A DNA stretch of 64,000 bases, taken from Octopus vulgaris. Lineage: Eukaryota. The translations under genes were made by a program, and so were the position numbers. Location of the stretch: NCBI GenBank assembly GCA_951406725.2, contig OX597820.1:126480001-126544000 (forward strand). Reading direction: 5' to 3'. Below are positions 1-12,968 of the stretch, piece after piece. Every line of letters starts with the position of its first letter. Positions within the stretch are counted from its first letter, which is position 1. Below the pieces are notes generated by a model. It was not told where the DNA came from. It saw only the letters and a list, made by a program, of their open reading frames with translations, and did not search any database.

Positions 1-594
1 GGTGCCCTTTTTACGTGCCACTGGCACAAAAGCCAGTTGGCTGCTCTGGCAACGATCACGCTCCATCAAAATTTCATCTTAATTTTTCTTCCAAACACCA
101 ACCGGCTCGTTAACTATAATATTACTTCACTGAATTCTTCAATGTTCTCAAAATTGAGATGAAAGCAGTGGCAGCGAAAGGGTTAATACCGACAAAATTA
201 TTTTACCAACTTCTTTGGTATCTACAAAATTAATTGAAAAGGAAACTGTCATGTATTTCATTGGAAATATTGAGACGAAAGGGTTAATTAATAAAGGCAA
301 GGTTTTTTTGTTTTTTTACTAAGTTCTTTGTTATTTTCATAATTGAAATAAAGGTAGTCTATTTCAACATATATGTTTTGATGAAAGGGTTATTAGTGAC
401 AGTTATTTTATTAAATTCTTCATTCGTTTCAAAATTAATTGCAACGAAGGTAATGTATTTCAGTAGAAATATACTAACGTAAGAGTTAATTACAAATCTT
501 ATGGATATGGTACATTTCTGCTGATAGTCTAATTAATAAGAACCAACAACTTTTCAGTTATTAGATCAATTCTCTGTTGGTTTAGTCCAAGACA

Positions 595-827
595 GGTGGC
601 GAGCTGGCAGAAACGTTAGCACGCCGGGCGAAATGCTTAGCGGTATTTCGTCTGTCATTATGTTGTGAGTTCAAATTCTGCTGAGGTTGACTTTGCCTTT
701 CATCATTTTGGGGTCGATAAATTAAGTACCAGTTACGCACTGGGGTCCATGTAATCAACTTAATACCTATGCCTGTCCTTGTTTGTCCCCTCTATGTTTA
801 GCCCCTTATGGGTAGTAAGGAAATAGG
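595..827 (+). mobile_element. tRNA-derived SINE with Meta-type core (copies ~1794-2025 -, 6754-6960 +, 11400-11631 -, 18116-18325 +, 35886-36118 +, 46020-46250 +, 63770-63997 +)
   Basis: A-box-like tggcagaaacgttagc, B-box-like gagttcaaattc, core gcctttcatcctttcggggtcgataaattaagtaccag; multiple dispersed copies, some with TSDs. Confidence 0.85.
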
Positions 828-950
828 TTTAGTTCAAGATGACTTTGTCACATACAAATCAGTACCGGAAATGGGACATCATCTGGAGAATCTTTGATTG
901 CAGGTTCAATACTCTAGTGTTACAACTAACTACAGATCCTCAAAATAATA

Positions 951-972
951 ATCATCATCACCAAACCACAAC

Positions 973-1016
<44 letters not shown>

Positions 1017-1331
1017 CCACCACCATCATCATCAACACTACCACCATTATCATCATCATCATCACCAACATCAACACCACCACTACCACCACCATCACCA
1101 TTATCATTAGCATCATCGTCATCATCATCATCATCAAAACCACCACCATCATCATCAAAACCACCCATCATCATCATCATCATCATCATCACCATCATCT
1201 ACCCCACCATCATCATCAACACCACCACTACCATCATCATCATCACCACCATTATCATTAGCATCATCGTTATTATCATTATCATCACTATGTCCACCAT
1301 CACTATCATCATTATCATCATCATCATCATT
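951..1331. repeat. (CAT/CAC)n compound microsatellite
   Basis: Direct reading. Confidence 0.95.
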
Positions 1332-1739
1332 GTAACATTCCTTTCTCCATATTGGCTCAGATTATTAAATTAGCCTGCAGATATGGCTGAATGCTTAAGA
1401 ACTTTGCTTTGCAACCATGGAGTACTGGGTTCAATCACAGTGCATGGTACCCTCATTGAAATGTCTTCTGTCACAGTTTCAAATCAATTGGTGCCTCATA
1501 AATAAAACTGAGTTGTTCTCAGTGTCATTTACACCTACATCAACTTGGTTGATCAGACCTATGACCAGAGGCATTCCAACCTTGACCATCCCAACTTTTT
1601 GCCAGGATATGAATAAAAGACACATTGCTAAATGTTTCCTTTCTTTGTTTAAGGTGGTTTGGGTGTGATTTGAGGGAGATGTGGCTACTGTTTCTAGCAA
1701 CTCAGGTGACCACATGCAGTTGACAGTAACTGTCTAGAA

Positions 1740-2321
1740 CAGAGGTTCTCGACCATTTTTTACCTGTGGACCCTTTGATTACTATTCTATTCTTATTTCT
1801 TTAATGCCCACAAGGGGCTACACAGAGAGAGGACAAATAAGGACATACAAACAGATTAAGTCGATTATATCGACCCCAATGTGTAACTGGTACTTATTTA
1901 ATCGACCCCGAAAGGATGAAAGGCAAAGTCGACCTCGGAGGAATTTGAACTCAGAATGTCGCGACAGACGAAATACCGCTAAGCATTTCGCCCGGCGTGC
2001 TAACGATTCTGCCAGCTTGCCACCTTCTAATTACTATTCTATTCTGGTGGACCCCCATGGCCATTCAGTGTTTAAAAACTAGTATTAAAGAAACTTCTTT
2101 CAAAATTCCTATTTTGTTTTTCACTCTTTAACTTGTGTAGGTCGGAGTATGTAAAATGTTAGAGAAAAAAGGCCTAGTTGTTTCTTGCAATGCATATATC
2201 TCAAGAAAAATCTTTTCAGGGCCTCTTAGAATATTATTGTAGATATCCTATCTACTATTCTGTCGTGTGGACCATCCCCACTGCCATCAGAGGCCACATA
2301 GACCCCAGTTGAGAGCCACTT
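1740..2321. mobile_element. hAT-type MITE interrupted by a SINE
   Basis: CAGAGGTTCTC...GTTGAGAGCCACT ends; inner SINE has 16-bp TSD attactattctattct (1778-1793 / 2030-2045). Confidence 0.75.
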
Positions 2322-3069
2322 ATCCTGTTTGATGAGTGATACCTGTAATTCAAAAGACCTGTCTAATCACATCCACTGTGACACCGATGCTGACTGAGAA
2401 TTATGTTAAGGGTATTTCTGTCTATGGAATACTCTGCCACTTTACAAAACCAATATGAGATGAGATTATTTTATTGACAGTCAATCACCTTCACTTTTCT
2501 TCAGAAACCATCATCTTATGATGATGTCATCCCTTTATCCTATGTTTACCTTTTGTCTTCTGCTCTCATAAGAGGTGCCTACCATTTTCCGCACTTGGTA
2601 CTTCTGCACTTATTATGTCTTGCCAATCACTCGGCATGTGTCTTCCATCCCGGCATGGGTTAGACAGTTTAACTGGAACTGGTAAACTGGAGAACTGCAC
2701 CAGACTCCAGACTGTTTTGGTTTGGATGCTGCAGTTGGATGCCTTTCTTTACACCAACCACTCCACAGAGTGTACCAGGTACCGTTTGCATGTCACCAGC
2801 ACAGGTGCCTTTAACGTGTCACTGGCACAGGTGCCTTATACATGTCACCATTGCTGGACAGAACCACAATTACATCATCAAAATCTTGAAGCTACAAAAC
2901 AACGCATGATTAATTCAAATTACATTTGGCAGACAAAATCTGAATACAAAAGGGCTAAAATGCTTCTCTTTTCTTGTATTGTAGTCCCCCCCTCCTGCAA
3001 TCATTTTGGCTATAAACAAATTATAGGACAAACAATTATCTTTAAAATTTTCTATTTCTTTATTTGCAG

Positions 3070-3218
3070 GGTTTGACTGCTGATTGGTTAGATCGTTTAG
3101 ATTTTAACATGGTTCTTATGAGTCCGCCATGCCAACCATTTACAAGGGTTGGCAAAAGACTTGACACTAAGGACAGCCGAACTAGATCTTTTTTACATTT
3201 TCTTGATTGCCTTCAAAA
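3070..3218 (+). CDS. TRDMT1: DNMT2/TRDMT1 internal exon containing catalytic motif IV (first exon visible in window)
   Basis: ttgcag|GGT...CAAAA|gtaagt; translates GLTADWLDRLDFNMVLMSPPCQPFTRVGKRLDTKDSRTRSFLHFLDCLQ. SPPCQPFTR is the DNMT2 catalytic motif (Cys codon 3130-3132). Not in the ORF track. Confidence 0.95.
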
Positions 3219-3455
3219 GTAAGTTATGATTTTCTTTTTACTGGGTTCTTTAACTGTGCACTTTTCTTCTTATATGTATGTGTGTGTGTGTGTGCATGTG
3301 TATTTATGTGTGTGTGTATGTATGTATGTGTGTATGTGTATTTATGTGTGTGTGTGTTTTGCTTAGATATTGTGAGACTAATAACCTGGTGTAGAACTCC
3401 ATATATGTATGTTTCAGAACAAAGTCTTGGCTGAGTATAGAGCAGTAATAATGTA

Positions 3456-4735
3456 CTTTGGGGTACCCAAAAGTAACCAGAAACATTCTTTGTGGGGCAT
3501 TCCACTACTAGAAGCCACTTGATACGACAGTCAGGCACCAGTCTGCTGACCAGTGCCATCGAGTGAAGTCATACTGCCATGTGGTGCATCCTTCTTTTGC
3601 AGTGCTTCTCCCCTGTTCAATGATTTTTGCCAAAGCTGAAACAAAGGAACAGCATACTTCCATGAAATTCTATTTTCTGCTGGGGAAAATGGCAGCCGAA
3701 ACAGTCGTCATGCTTCAAACAGCTGACAAGGAAGCTACTATGAGCAAAGCACAAGTTTACAAGTGGTTTTCACATTTTAGGAATGGTCAGTTGTTGCTTG
3801 AAAGCCAACCTTGTTCAAGATGACGGTCGACCTCCCGAACAAATGAAAACATCACAAAAATTCATGAACTGGTCTTGGAGGGCTGTCGCTGAACAATTGA
3901 CGAACTTGTTGATATGACTGGTGTGTCCTGGAGCTCCTGTCAATGAAATTTGAGCAAGGAATTGCAAATGAAAAGAGTTGCAACAAAATTTGTGCCTCAC
4001 TTGCTCACAGAAGATCAAAATCAGTCAACTGAATGCGTGTCATGAACTAAAAGAACAGTTGACCTTTTTTGGAAGGTCATCACTGGTGATGAAAGCCGCT
4101 GCTATAGCTATGACCCTGAAATCAAGTCAGTGGAAGCATTCAATGTCACCATGCATAGAAAAAGGCATCAAGTGAAGCCCAATGTCAATACGATGCTGAT
4201 TTGTTTCATCGATGTGAAAGGAATCATCCCCACACAGGATTTGTTCCTCCTGGTCAAACTGTTAACCAGACATTTTACTTGGAAGTTCTGAAGCGATTGC
4301 GAGACGCGGTGACAGGAAAACGCCCCGACCAGTGGCAAGGTAGAGAGTGATGGTTCCATCACAACAAAGCACCTGCAACACTGCCTTGAGTGTGAGTGAG
4401 TTTTTGACCCAAAATGACATAATCCCATTTACCCACCCTCTCTATTCACCCGATCTTGCTCCTTGCGATTTTTTTTTTTTTGTTCCCCCAGTTGAAAATA
4501 CTCCTTAAAGGAAAACATTTTGCAGATATGGAAGAGATAAAAAAAAAACGACAGGGGCGTTAAAAGGTATCACTTCGCAAGAGTTCCAGGACTGCTTTGA
4601 ACAGTCGAAAATGTGTCTGGACTGTTGCATTGCTTCAAATGGAGAATACTTTGAAGGTGATAAAAGTGTAAACATGTAAGACTAAGTGAATAATATAATA
4701 TGGCAAAATTCTGGTTTCTTTTGGGTACCCACTTG
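3456..4735 (+). mobile_element. mariner element, full length but decayed
   Basis: TIRs (GGGTACCCAAAAGWAACCAGAA) flanked by TA; fragments EQHTSMKFYFLLGK..QVYKWFSHF, KFVPHLLT, TGDE, YSPDLAPCDF with stops and frameshifts. Confidence 0.9.
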
Positions 4736-4737
4736 TA

Positions 4738-4769
<32 letters not shown>

Positions 4770-7024
4770 GGTAGTTGCTAACATAGCTGTCTGGTTTCAC
4801 AACTTTTGGAGGTTCCATCCCTTCTCTGCAGAAGCCATGAAATGTCAACCTTAATGATTTATTGAGGGCTTCCTTTATTGATACTGTGGCTTAGTGGTTA
4901 GGGTGCTGCACTTACAAGATTGTGGTTTCGGTGGGGAGTGCATCTGTGTTCTTGCATAAAATACTTCATTTCACATTGTTCCATCCACTCAGGTATATGA
5001 GTAATGCTGCACTGGACGACCCTCCCTTTGAGTCCTAGATCTCGAGACTACTTACTTATTTCTCCCTGAAAATCATTTAAATCAGTTGCACTGGGATCAT
5101 TTAAAAAAAGGGGTCACTGTTGCTTCTGCAGAATCTCCCCCATTTCTTTGACATCGTTATGCAAAAACATTGTTCTCTTTCAATCAGTGGACCAATGGAT
5201 AAAACAGCTGCTCTCTGCTTTTGGGCAAAAGAGTAGAATATTTTGAGGTGATGTCTAATTTTCTCTTGATGGCCTCGTCTACCTTGGTAGGCTTTTGATT
5301 ATTATTAATAGACATCATACTGTTCTGGATATGATAGTTTTTTGATTGAAGTCTTCTGTTTTCTGCCAAACTTGTTGCTGTTGGCAATATTTTTATCAGC
5401 TTGATTTGTTGATTTTTTCTCTAAAATTTTTGTTTACTTTTCATTTTCTAAACGAGTTTCTCTTTCTCTCTCTCTCCACACTCACCCCCTCTCTCTCTCT
5501 CTCTCTTTCATCCTCTCTCTTGCATCTATTTTTGTTGTAAAATGGGGTGTGGTTTGAGCATATGTTGCTGGCAAATGTATCTTCAAATATCTGCCAAGAT
5601 GCTTCAAAGTGTGGGGAAGTAAGTGTGAAAGACCAGTTGACAAGTGATACGTCATGCATATATATATATACTCCAGTTTGCATTGTATACATCCATAGTG
5701 TCACATGAGTGAGCTGGGTGGAGTGTGTGTGTGTTTGGCTTAAATCTTGAGTGTTGGAAACTAAAATCACGGAGAAACCATGGCATGTTCTGAGAAGAGA
5801 TTTTGTAAAACTGATATCTTATGGTTGCTTAAAACTGGGTCTGCGTCACTTTTGTTGTGTCCCGTTGCTCAACATCATCTCTTATCTTTATTTGTTTTAG
5901 TCATTGGGTTCTGGCCATGCTGGGGTACAGCCTTGAGGATTTTTCAGTCAAATGAATCAACTCCAGTACTTATCCTTTTATATCTGATACTTTTTCTATC
6001 AGTCTTTTTTGCTGAACTACTAAGTTACGGGGATGTAAACACACAACCATTGGTTGTCAAGCAATATTGGGGGGACAAAAACAGGCACACAAATATATAC
6101 ACACATGCATTACATATATATACATATATACGACGAGCTTCTTTCAGTTTCCGTCTACCAAATCCACTCACAAGGCTTTGGTTGGCCCGAGACTATAGTA
6201 GAAGACACTTGCCCAAGGTGCCATGCAGTGGGACTGAACCCAGAACCATGTGGTTGGTAAACAAGCTACTTATCACACAGCCACTCCTTTTATGGTTTAT
6301 TTTTTTCTTGTCTCTCTCATTGGACTGTGGCCATGCTGGGATACTGCCTTGAAGGGTTTAGTTGAACGAATTGATCCAATACTTATCTTTTGTTAAGACT
6401 GGTACTTATTCTATCAGTCTCTTTTTGCTGAACCACTAAGTTACAAGAATATAAACAAACTAACACTGGTTGTCAAGAGACGGTGGGGGATAAACACATA
6501 CACACATAGATATATAATATATACACATATACAATAGGCTTCTTTCAGATTTCTATCTACTAAATCCACTCACAAGGCTTTGGCTGCCCAGGGTTATAGT
6601 ATAAGACACTTGTCCAAGATGTGACACAGTGGGACTGAACCTGAAACCATGTTGTTGGGAAGCAAACTTCTTTCCACACAGCCATGCCTATAGCTGAGAT
6701 AGGGAAGGAAAAAAATCACCCATGAAGTTTAACAATATTTTTACTTCTGAAGACGGCAAGTTGGTAGAAACGTTAGCACACCATGCAAAATGCTTAGCGG
6801 TATTTCGTCTGTCTTTACGTTCTGAGTTCAAATTCCGCCAAGGTCATCTTTGCCTTTTATCCTTTCAGAGTTAATAAATTAAATACAAGTTGCCTACTGG
6901 GGTCCATCTAATCAACTGGCCCCCTCCCACAAAATTTCAGGCTTTGTGCTTAGAATAGAAATGAATATTTTTACTTTTTTACTTCTGTTTTATTTGAGAT
7001 TGATATGCAAATGTCTAGTCTCAA

Positions 7025-7255
7025 TCAATTTATGAACCAATCAATACAGGTTAAGTGGAAATCACTCATCATTAATATGTTTCCAAAGCTGCATTGCTGG
7101 ATAAAGCATTTACTTTTGTTGAGGCATTCATTGAAGCAGATAAGAGACCCTTGAAAAGGCATGTGGAGCCCAATTATAGTCATTTCATTAGTTTTGTTGT
7201 TTGTAGGAGATAATTTGCAGAGGCCATTAAGGAATAAACCCTTTGCATCTACAAT
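7025..7255 (-). mobile_element. possible LINE AP-endonuclease remnant
   Basis: NILMMSDFHLTCIDW resembles the ILMGDFNLPxIDW motif of CR1-type endonucleases. Confidence 0.4.
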
Positions 7256-7584
7256 AACAGATTCATAGACTAACAGCATACACAAACGCACGCACGCACA
7301 CACACGCACACACACATGAATATATATATATATGTTATTATTATTGTTTTTTAATTGGCAGAAAGTTTTGTGCTTTTGACCTTTGGGTCACTTTTGTAAC
7401 TTTCTGCTTGTTTAATGATAAAAAAGAAGAAGTTATTTAATACTCATGAAGTGAATTATGTTCTTTTGTTCTCCTAAACCAGGGGTCACCAAACTTTTCA
7501 TGGTGGGCCAAATAACTGAGTGATTGACAAACGTGGGCCGTATACCCATTTTGTTCAATACAATACAGTGAATACACAAAAAAT

Positions 7585-7845
7585 AAACAATTGCAGCATG
7601 GAAGGTGTTTATAAGCCATTTAAGAAACACACAAAACCGTTAGATTGACTTCAACATTTAAATTTAATTTGTCAAAATATTTTCGTCGCTTTGAGACCGT
7701 GACCTGTTCACTGACAAAACTTCGTGCTGCATGAAGTTTTGTGTGTTTCTTAAATGGCTTATAAACACCTTCCACACTGCAATTGTTTTCATTCCAGCAC
7801 ACAATCTCAGATCAAGTCACTCGCTATGCAAGTACATCTCCGTAA
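7585..7845. mobile_element. Penelope-like inverted-repeat remnant inserted in the hAT element
   Basis: ~53-bp inverted arms (~7585-7637 / ~7736-7788) around a hammerhead-like spacer; a related, more decayed copy lies at ~9000-9300. Confidence 0.6.
7668..7718 (-). ncRNA. minimal type I hammerhead-like motif, G3-C8 core variant
   Basis: Minus strand TTTGTCA-GTGAACA-g-GTCAC ggtctcaaa GCGAC-GAAA-ATAT-TT-TGACAAA; 7-bp helix I; one extra G before stem II and one stem II mismatch. Confidence 0.6.
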
Positions 7846-8555
7846 TAAAAAATAAAGACAGCCAAAAAGTTATCAAAGAAGGCAGCGTTAACGATGTGAT
7901 AGTCATGTCACACCCAGTGCACACATATCCAAATCTCACAAACTGAGCAGCAAAAATGTGAGACTTGTGGAACTGGTGTCTAGCTTTTAAGATATAATCA
8001 GTATTTGCTTTGGAATTGCTGCATGCAACCAAGAGAATTCCTTTCAAAGTTTCCTCAGTTAACCTCGTTCGATGTGTTGACTTCACGTTCTTCCTTTTTG
8101 AAAATGTTTGCTCACAGACATAAGTTGTTCCAAGAACTGATGCCATACCAGAGGCAAATGAACTCCCATTACAGGTATTTACACAAAAGGTACAGTACAG
8201 TGGCAGGCTGGATGAAATAACCTCACAGTACAGATCCGGCCCATGGGCCATAGTTTGGTGACCCCTATCCTAAACACATACACACACACACACACATCAC
8301 ATGGACTTTCAAACTTCTTAGCACTATTTTTTTTTTTTTGCTTCTCTCTATTGGATACATTACTCAACCTTTATTTTGAACAATAGACTTACCTAGGAAT
8401 GTACATTAGGAAGAACTCTTTCGTGTGGGTCTGAATAAACCCCCTGTCTTCTTCCAGAACACAATAAGCTATAACAAGCCATGAACTTTCTGCTGCGCTA
8501 ATCATTTTTTACAACAAATGTTCCTGCCTATAATTTCCCACTTATATTTCTTATA

Positions 8556-8645
8556 TTTCTCTGATGATGGAAATCCCAGTATATGGAACCTTGGATCAAT
8601 AGGATAATCCAGTACCTGGGATATCCCAGAAGCAGCTGTAAGAGA
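8556..8645 (+). ncRNA. degenerate hammerhead motif in DNMT2 intron
   Basis: TTTCT-CTGATGA-tgg..atcccag..ctgggat..cca-GAAG-CAGCTG-TA-AGAGA; GAAA changed to GAAG, probably inactive. Confidence 0.5.
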
Positions 8646-9316
8646 CTATATTAATTCTACCTACATTGCATTACCATTAACTCTCTTCAATTAAACTAAA
8701 CAAATCTAAATGTCATAGTCCTGCCTTGATTAATTGTTTTGCTCTTATTTAACCTATTTCTAGGGACTCAAAGGTAAGATACTGATTGCCAGTTCTCTCC
8801 CACCTGGACATTTGTTCTACCCCAGCTTCAGCTCCAGCCCCTGTTTGAACTGGGATTCTAGTGGCTTGTCAACTGGAGCACTCTGACTGCATACCTCTAT
8901 TAGCTTTGGTTAACTTGACCTAAACTCCTCAACTCTGTGTGTTTGTGTGTGTGTGTGTATTTAGCAATTGTAGTATGGAAGACACAAGTTAGCAATTCAG
9001 AACCACATGGAAACAGTAAGCTTCAGTTAAACATCTATTTGTAATTTAGTGTCAGACTTTTTTCATTGTTCAAAACTGCAACCTGTTCACAGGTAAAAAG
9101 TTTTGCTGTATCTTTTGTCAGGTGAACTGGTCACAGTTTTGAATGAAGAAAATTTTAACAGTGTTACAAATAGATGTTTAAGTGAAGTTGGCAGTTTTTG
9201 TGTGTTTCCGAGTGGGTAACTTACATCTTCCAGCTGCAATCGCTTTAATTTCAGTAAGTGATTGCCGATCAAAACACTTACTATGCAAGTATATCTCTGT
9301 TATGTATATATATAGT

Positions 9317-9618
9317 GGAGGCGCAATGGCCCAGTGGTTAGGGCAGCGGACTCGCGATCATAGGATTGCGGTTTCGATTCCCAGACCGGGCGTTGTGAGT
9401 GCTTATTGAGCGAAAACACCTAAAGCTCCACGAGGCTCTGGCAGGGGGTGGTGGCGGTCCCTGCTGTACTCTTTTACCACAACTTTATCTCACTCTTTCT
9501 TCTGTTGGCCTGCTTGCTTAGCCAGTGGCGTGGCGTCATTTGAAGGCTAAAACACTGCAAAGCGCATTGTGACCAGCGATGTGTAGCAACATCTGCTAGT
9601 CTGGTCGGTCACGGTGAT
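9317..9618 (+). mobile_element. tRNA-derived SINE, third family (related ~9670-9880 -, ~36435-36680 +)
   Basis: tggcccagtggttaggg...ggtttcgattccc tRNA-like head followed by non-tRNA body; ends in (TA)n. Confidence 0.7.
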
Positions 9619-11645
9619 ATATATATATATATATGTATCATGTGAAAGACTAAACTATCAGATATTGTTACACATCACCAGTCACAATGCTTTGTTCTGG
9701 CCTTTCAATGAAGCCACCGTGATGGCTAAGTGAGTGGATCAACATTCCTCCCAGATCGAAAGGTGGACTGCAGCAATGTGAAATGAAGTGTTTTGCTCGA
9801 GAGCACATTGTATTGCCTGGTCTGGGAATTGAACCCACGATTATGTAATCATGAATGCAAAAACCTAACCACTGGGCCACACCCCTTCACACGCACACAC
9901 ACACACACACATACATACATGTTTCAGTTTTACAGAAGACAAAGGATAAAGACAAATGTAGGAACAACAAACAGGCTTATTAGTTTGACACTTGGGAAGA
10001 ATGGGAAAATCTTTGATGCTTCGAGCCTTTGCCCTTTGGCAAAAAGGATTGAGTGGGAAAAAATGGAGAGAGAAAAAAAAAGGTGGTTCAGTAGGATGAA
10101 ATATATTTTTACTCTTTTATTTGTTTCAGTCATTTGACTGTGGCCATGCTGGAGCATCATCTTTAGTTGAGCAAATTGACCCCAGGACTTAGTCTTTGTA
10201 AGCCTAGCACTTATTCTATCGGCCTCTTTTGCCGAACCGCTAAGTTATGGGGATGTAAACACACCAGCATCGGTTGTCAAGCGATGTTGGGAGGAGAAAC
10301 ACAAACATATACATATATATGATGGGCTTCTTTCAGTTTCCGTCTACCAAATCCCCTCAAAGGGCTTTGGTCAGCCCGAAGCTATAGTAGAAGACACTTG
10401 CCCAAGGTGCCACGCAGTGGGACTGAACCTGAAACCAGTGGTTCGTAAGCAGGCTACTTACCACATATGATGAAATATATATACCTTTTATCTTTTTACC
10501 TGTTTCTGTCATTAGAATGTGGCCATGCTGGGGCACCGCGTTGAAGAATTTTTTGTCAAACAAATCAACCCCAGTACTTATGCTTTTCTTCTTCTTTTAA
10601 CCTGGTACTTATTCTATCAGTCTCTTTGCTGAACTGCAAAGTTACAGGGACATAAACACACCAACACCTGTTGCCAAGTGGCATGAAGGTGGGAGGACAA
10701 GCACAAACAGAAAGACACTCATACATACATATCTGCATATATATACATGTTTGTGTGTGTACACACGACCGGCTTCTTTCAGTTTCTGTCTACCAAATCA
10801 ACCTACAGGGCTTAGGTCAGCCCGGAATATAGTAAAAGATACTTGCCCAAGATGTCATGCAGGAGGACTGAACCCAAAACCATGTGCTTGGGAAGCAAAC
10901 TTCTTACCACTCAGCCACACCTGCACCTATATACATAATAAGATTAAGCACCTGTATGAGAAGCTAAAGTAGACTGCAATATCATTGAAATAGGGGAGCA
11001 AATTTGATGTAGTATAGAAACATGCAACACCCAAAACATACAGTGCTCAGAATATGAAGTTATCTCATTTCTGATCTCTGCCCATTTGGGAAATAAGCAA
11101 TGGCTTTACTTCACTCCAGCAACTACTGTACAGCAAGTGCTGTTCTCCAAGGGACATAACACTTACAGTCTTTTGTCATGATGTGTCAATTTGATCCCTT
11201 TGTGAAAACTCTGCCATATCATTAAGTTCCACCTTAATGGAGCGACAAAGGTTTTCAGTGTCATTGGAAGATTCTATACTGTATAACCCAATCTGCATGA
11301 ATGCTCCAGTCTGTCTTCTCCATGAACTTCAAGCTCCATGTTGACTTTGAAGATTGTGAACAAGATTTTTTTTTTAGCAAGAATGGTGAAGCTTATACCT
11401 ATTTCTTTATTACCCACTAGGGGCTAAAGACAGAGGGGACAAACAAGGACAGACATAGGTATTAAGTCGATTACATCGACCCCAGTGCGTAACTGGTACT
11501 TAATTTATCGACCCCGAAAGGATGAAAGGCAAAGTCAACCTCGGTGGAATTTGAACTCAGAACGTAACGACAGACGAAATATGGCTACGCATTTCGCCCG
11601 GCGTGCTAACGTTTCTGCCAGCTCGCCGCCTTATACCATCTAGAG

Positions 11646-11993
11646 CAGGGATTCTCCACTATTTTTTTTATCTATGGACCCCTTTTGATTACTATTTTAT
11701 TCTGGTGAACCTCCATAGCCATACAAAGCTTAAATGCTAGTTTTATAGACACTTCTTTCAAAATTTTGATTTTGTTTTACACATGTTCACGTGCGTAAGT
11801 TAAACTATGTAAAATGTTAGAGAAGGAAGCCAAGCTGTTTCTTGCAATACATACCAATACGTACATCTAAAGCATGGATTTTTTTTTTCAGAGACTCTTA
11901 AAATGCTGTTATGGACCCCCAATTTATTAATTTTTTTTTTTTTTTGTTATGTGGACCCCCAAAAGTCTTATGGACCCTGGTTGAGAATCACTG
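11646..11993. mobile_element. hAT-type MITE, same family
   Basis: CAGGGATTCTC...TTGAGAATCACTG; flanks atctagag / ctctagag. Confidence 0.8.
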
Positions 11994-12029
11994 CTCTAGA
12001 GAGAAGCAGGCAGACAGACACCTACATAT

Positions 12030-12968
12030 TGTTGTTGGCATCCATTTTGTCTCGAGAGACAATGGAGTTGTGCATAAAATAATCTAGTCCGGCTTTTACA
12101 TTTCATGTCCTGATACATCTCCTGCTGTGGCTGTGTAGTCCTATCCTGGACAAACACTCCCTCTGGCAGGTGCCGCAAATGTAGAAGACTTTGCCTGGCT
12201 GGTTGTTGTGTCATAGTTTCTTATTGACGTCTTTTCTTGTCTTTCCATTTCTCCTCTCTCTCTCTCTCTGTCACTCCTTTGTGTTCCCTCTTTTACGGTA
12301 CGTCACCAATCTCCACGGTTGCTGGCAATTGCTTCCCAACTGCTAATATTGGTGTTGCAGGCCTTCATGTCCCTTTTGCAAACATCCTTGTAACGTAAGA
12401 ACGGTTTTTCCACAGACCTAGTGTCCCTAGCAAGCTCTCCATTGAGTATGTCCTTGAGTATTCTGCCATCTTCCATACGGCTAACATGTCCAAGCCATCT
12501 CACACGTGTTTGTGTGAGGAGTGCTAACATGCTTGCTTGAGGACATCTTTGTTGGGGACATGATTCTGCCATTTGATGCCAAGGATTTTCCGGAGGCAGC
12601 ACAGGTGAAAGATATTTAGGCGACACTCTTGGCGCATGTATGGCATCCAAGTCTCACTTCTATACAGTAGAGTGCTAAGCACAAATGCCCGGTAAATCTT
12701 CATTTTTGTGGTCTTGGTCAGCTCATTGTTGTCCCATGCCCATTCGGAGAGTTGGGCCGTCACAGCAGCTGCCTTGCTAATGCGTATATTGAGCTCAGCA
12801 TCAAGGGATAGGTTGTAGGTGACGGTAGAGCCAAGATAGGTAAACTTCTCCACCTCCTGTAGTCTGTGGTCTCCAATATGTATGTTTGGGTTGTCCGATG
12901 TAGCCTAACCCATGATGTTGGTCTTCTTCTTGAGGCTGATAACTAAGCCAAAGTCGCTATATATAGCG
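12030..12968 (-). mobile_element. 5'-truncated RTE-clade (BovB-like) LINE with ~70-bp target duplication
   Basis: EKFTYLGS, TLLYRSETW, RVRWLGHVSRMEDGRILKDILNGEL; short (CAA)n tail; direct repeat 11961-12029 / 12969-13039. Confidence 0.88.

Larger units (their letters stand above)
7480..8267 (-). mobile_element. hAT (Charlie/SPIN-like) internally deleted transposon
   Basis: TIR CAGGGGTCACCAAACT; exact 8-bp TSD TCCTAAAC (7472-7479 / 8268-8275); C-terminal dimerisation remnant SVLGTTYVCEQTFSKRKNVKSTHRTRLTEETL. Confidence 0.9.

Noticed and set aside
839-1261. Long His/Ile/Thr-rich ORFs, and similar ORFs at 13141-13528, 17894-18178, 20256-20908, 38351-39487, 46476-47027
   Set aside because: They are translations of microsatellites that lack stop codons; no protein signal.
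1-3069. DNMT2 N-terminal exons (motif I FxGxGG)
   Set aside because: Not found; presumably upstream of the window.
9317-9390. tRNA gene candidate (also ~56612-56685)
   Set aside because: A/B boxes present but no clean cloverleaf, and the head runs into a SINE body found in other copies.
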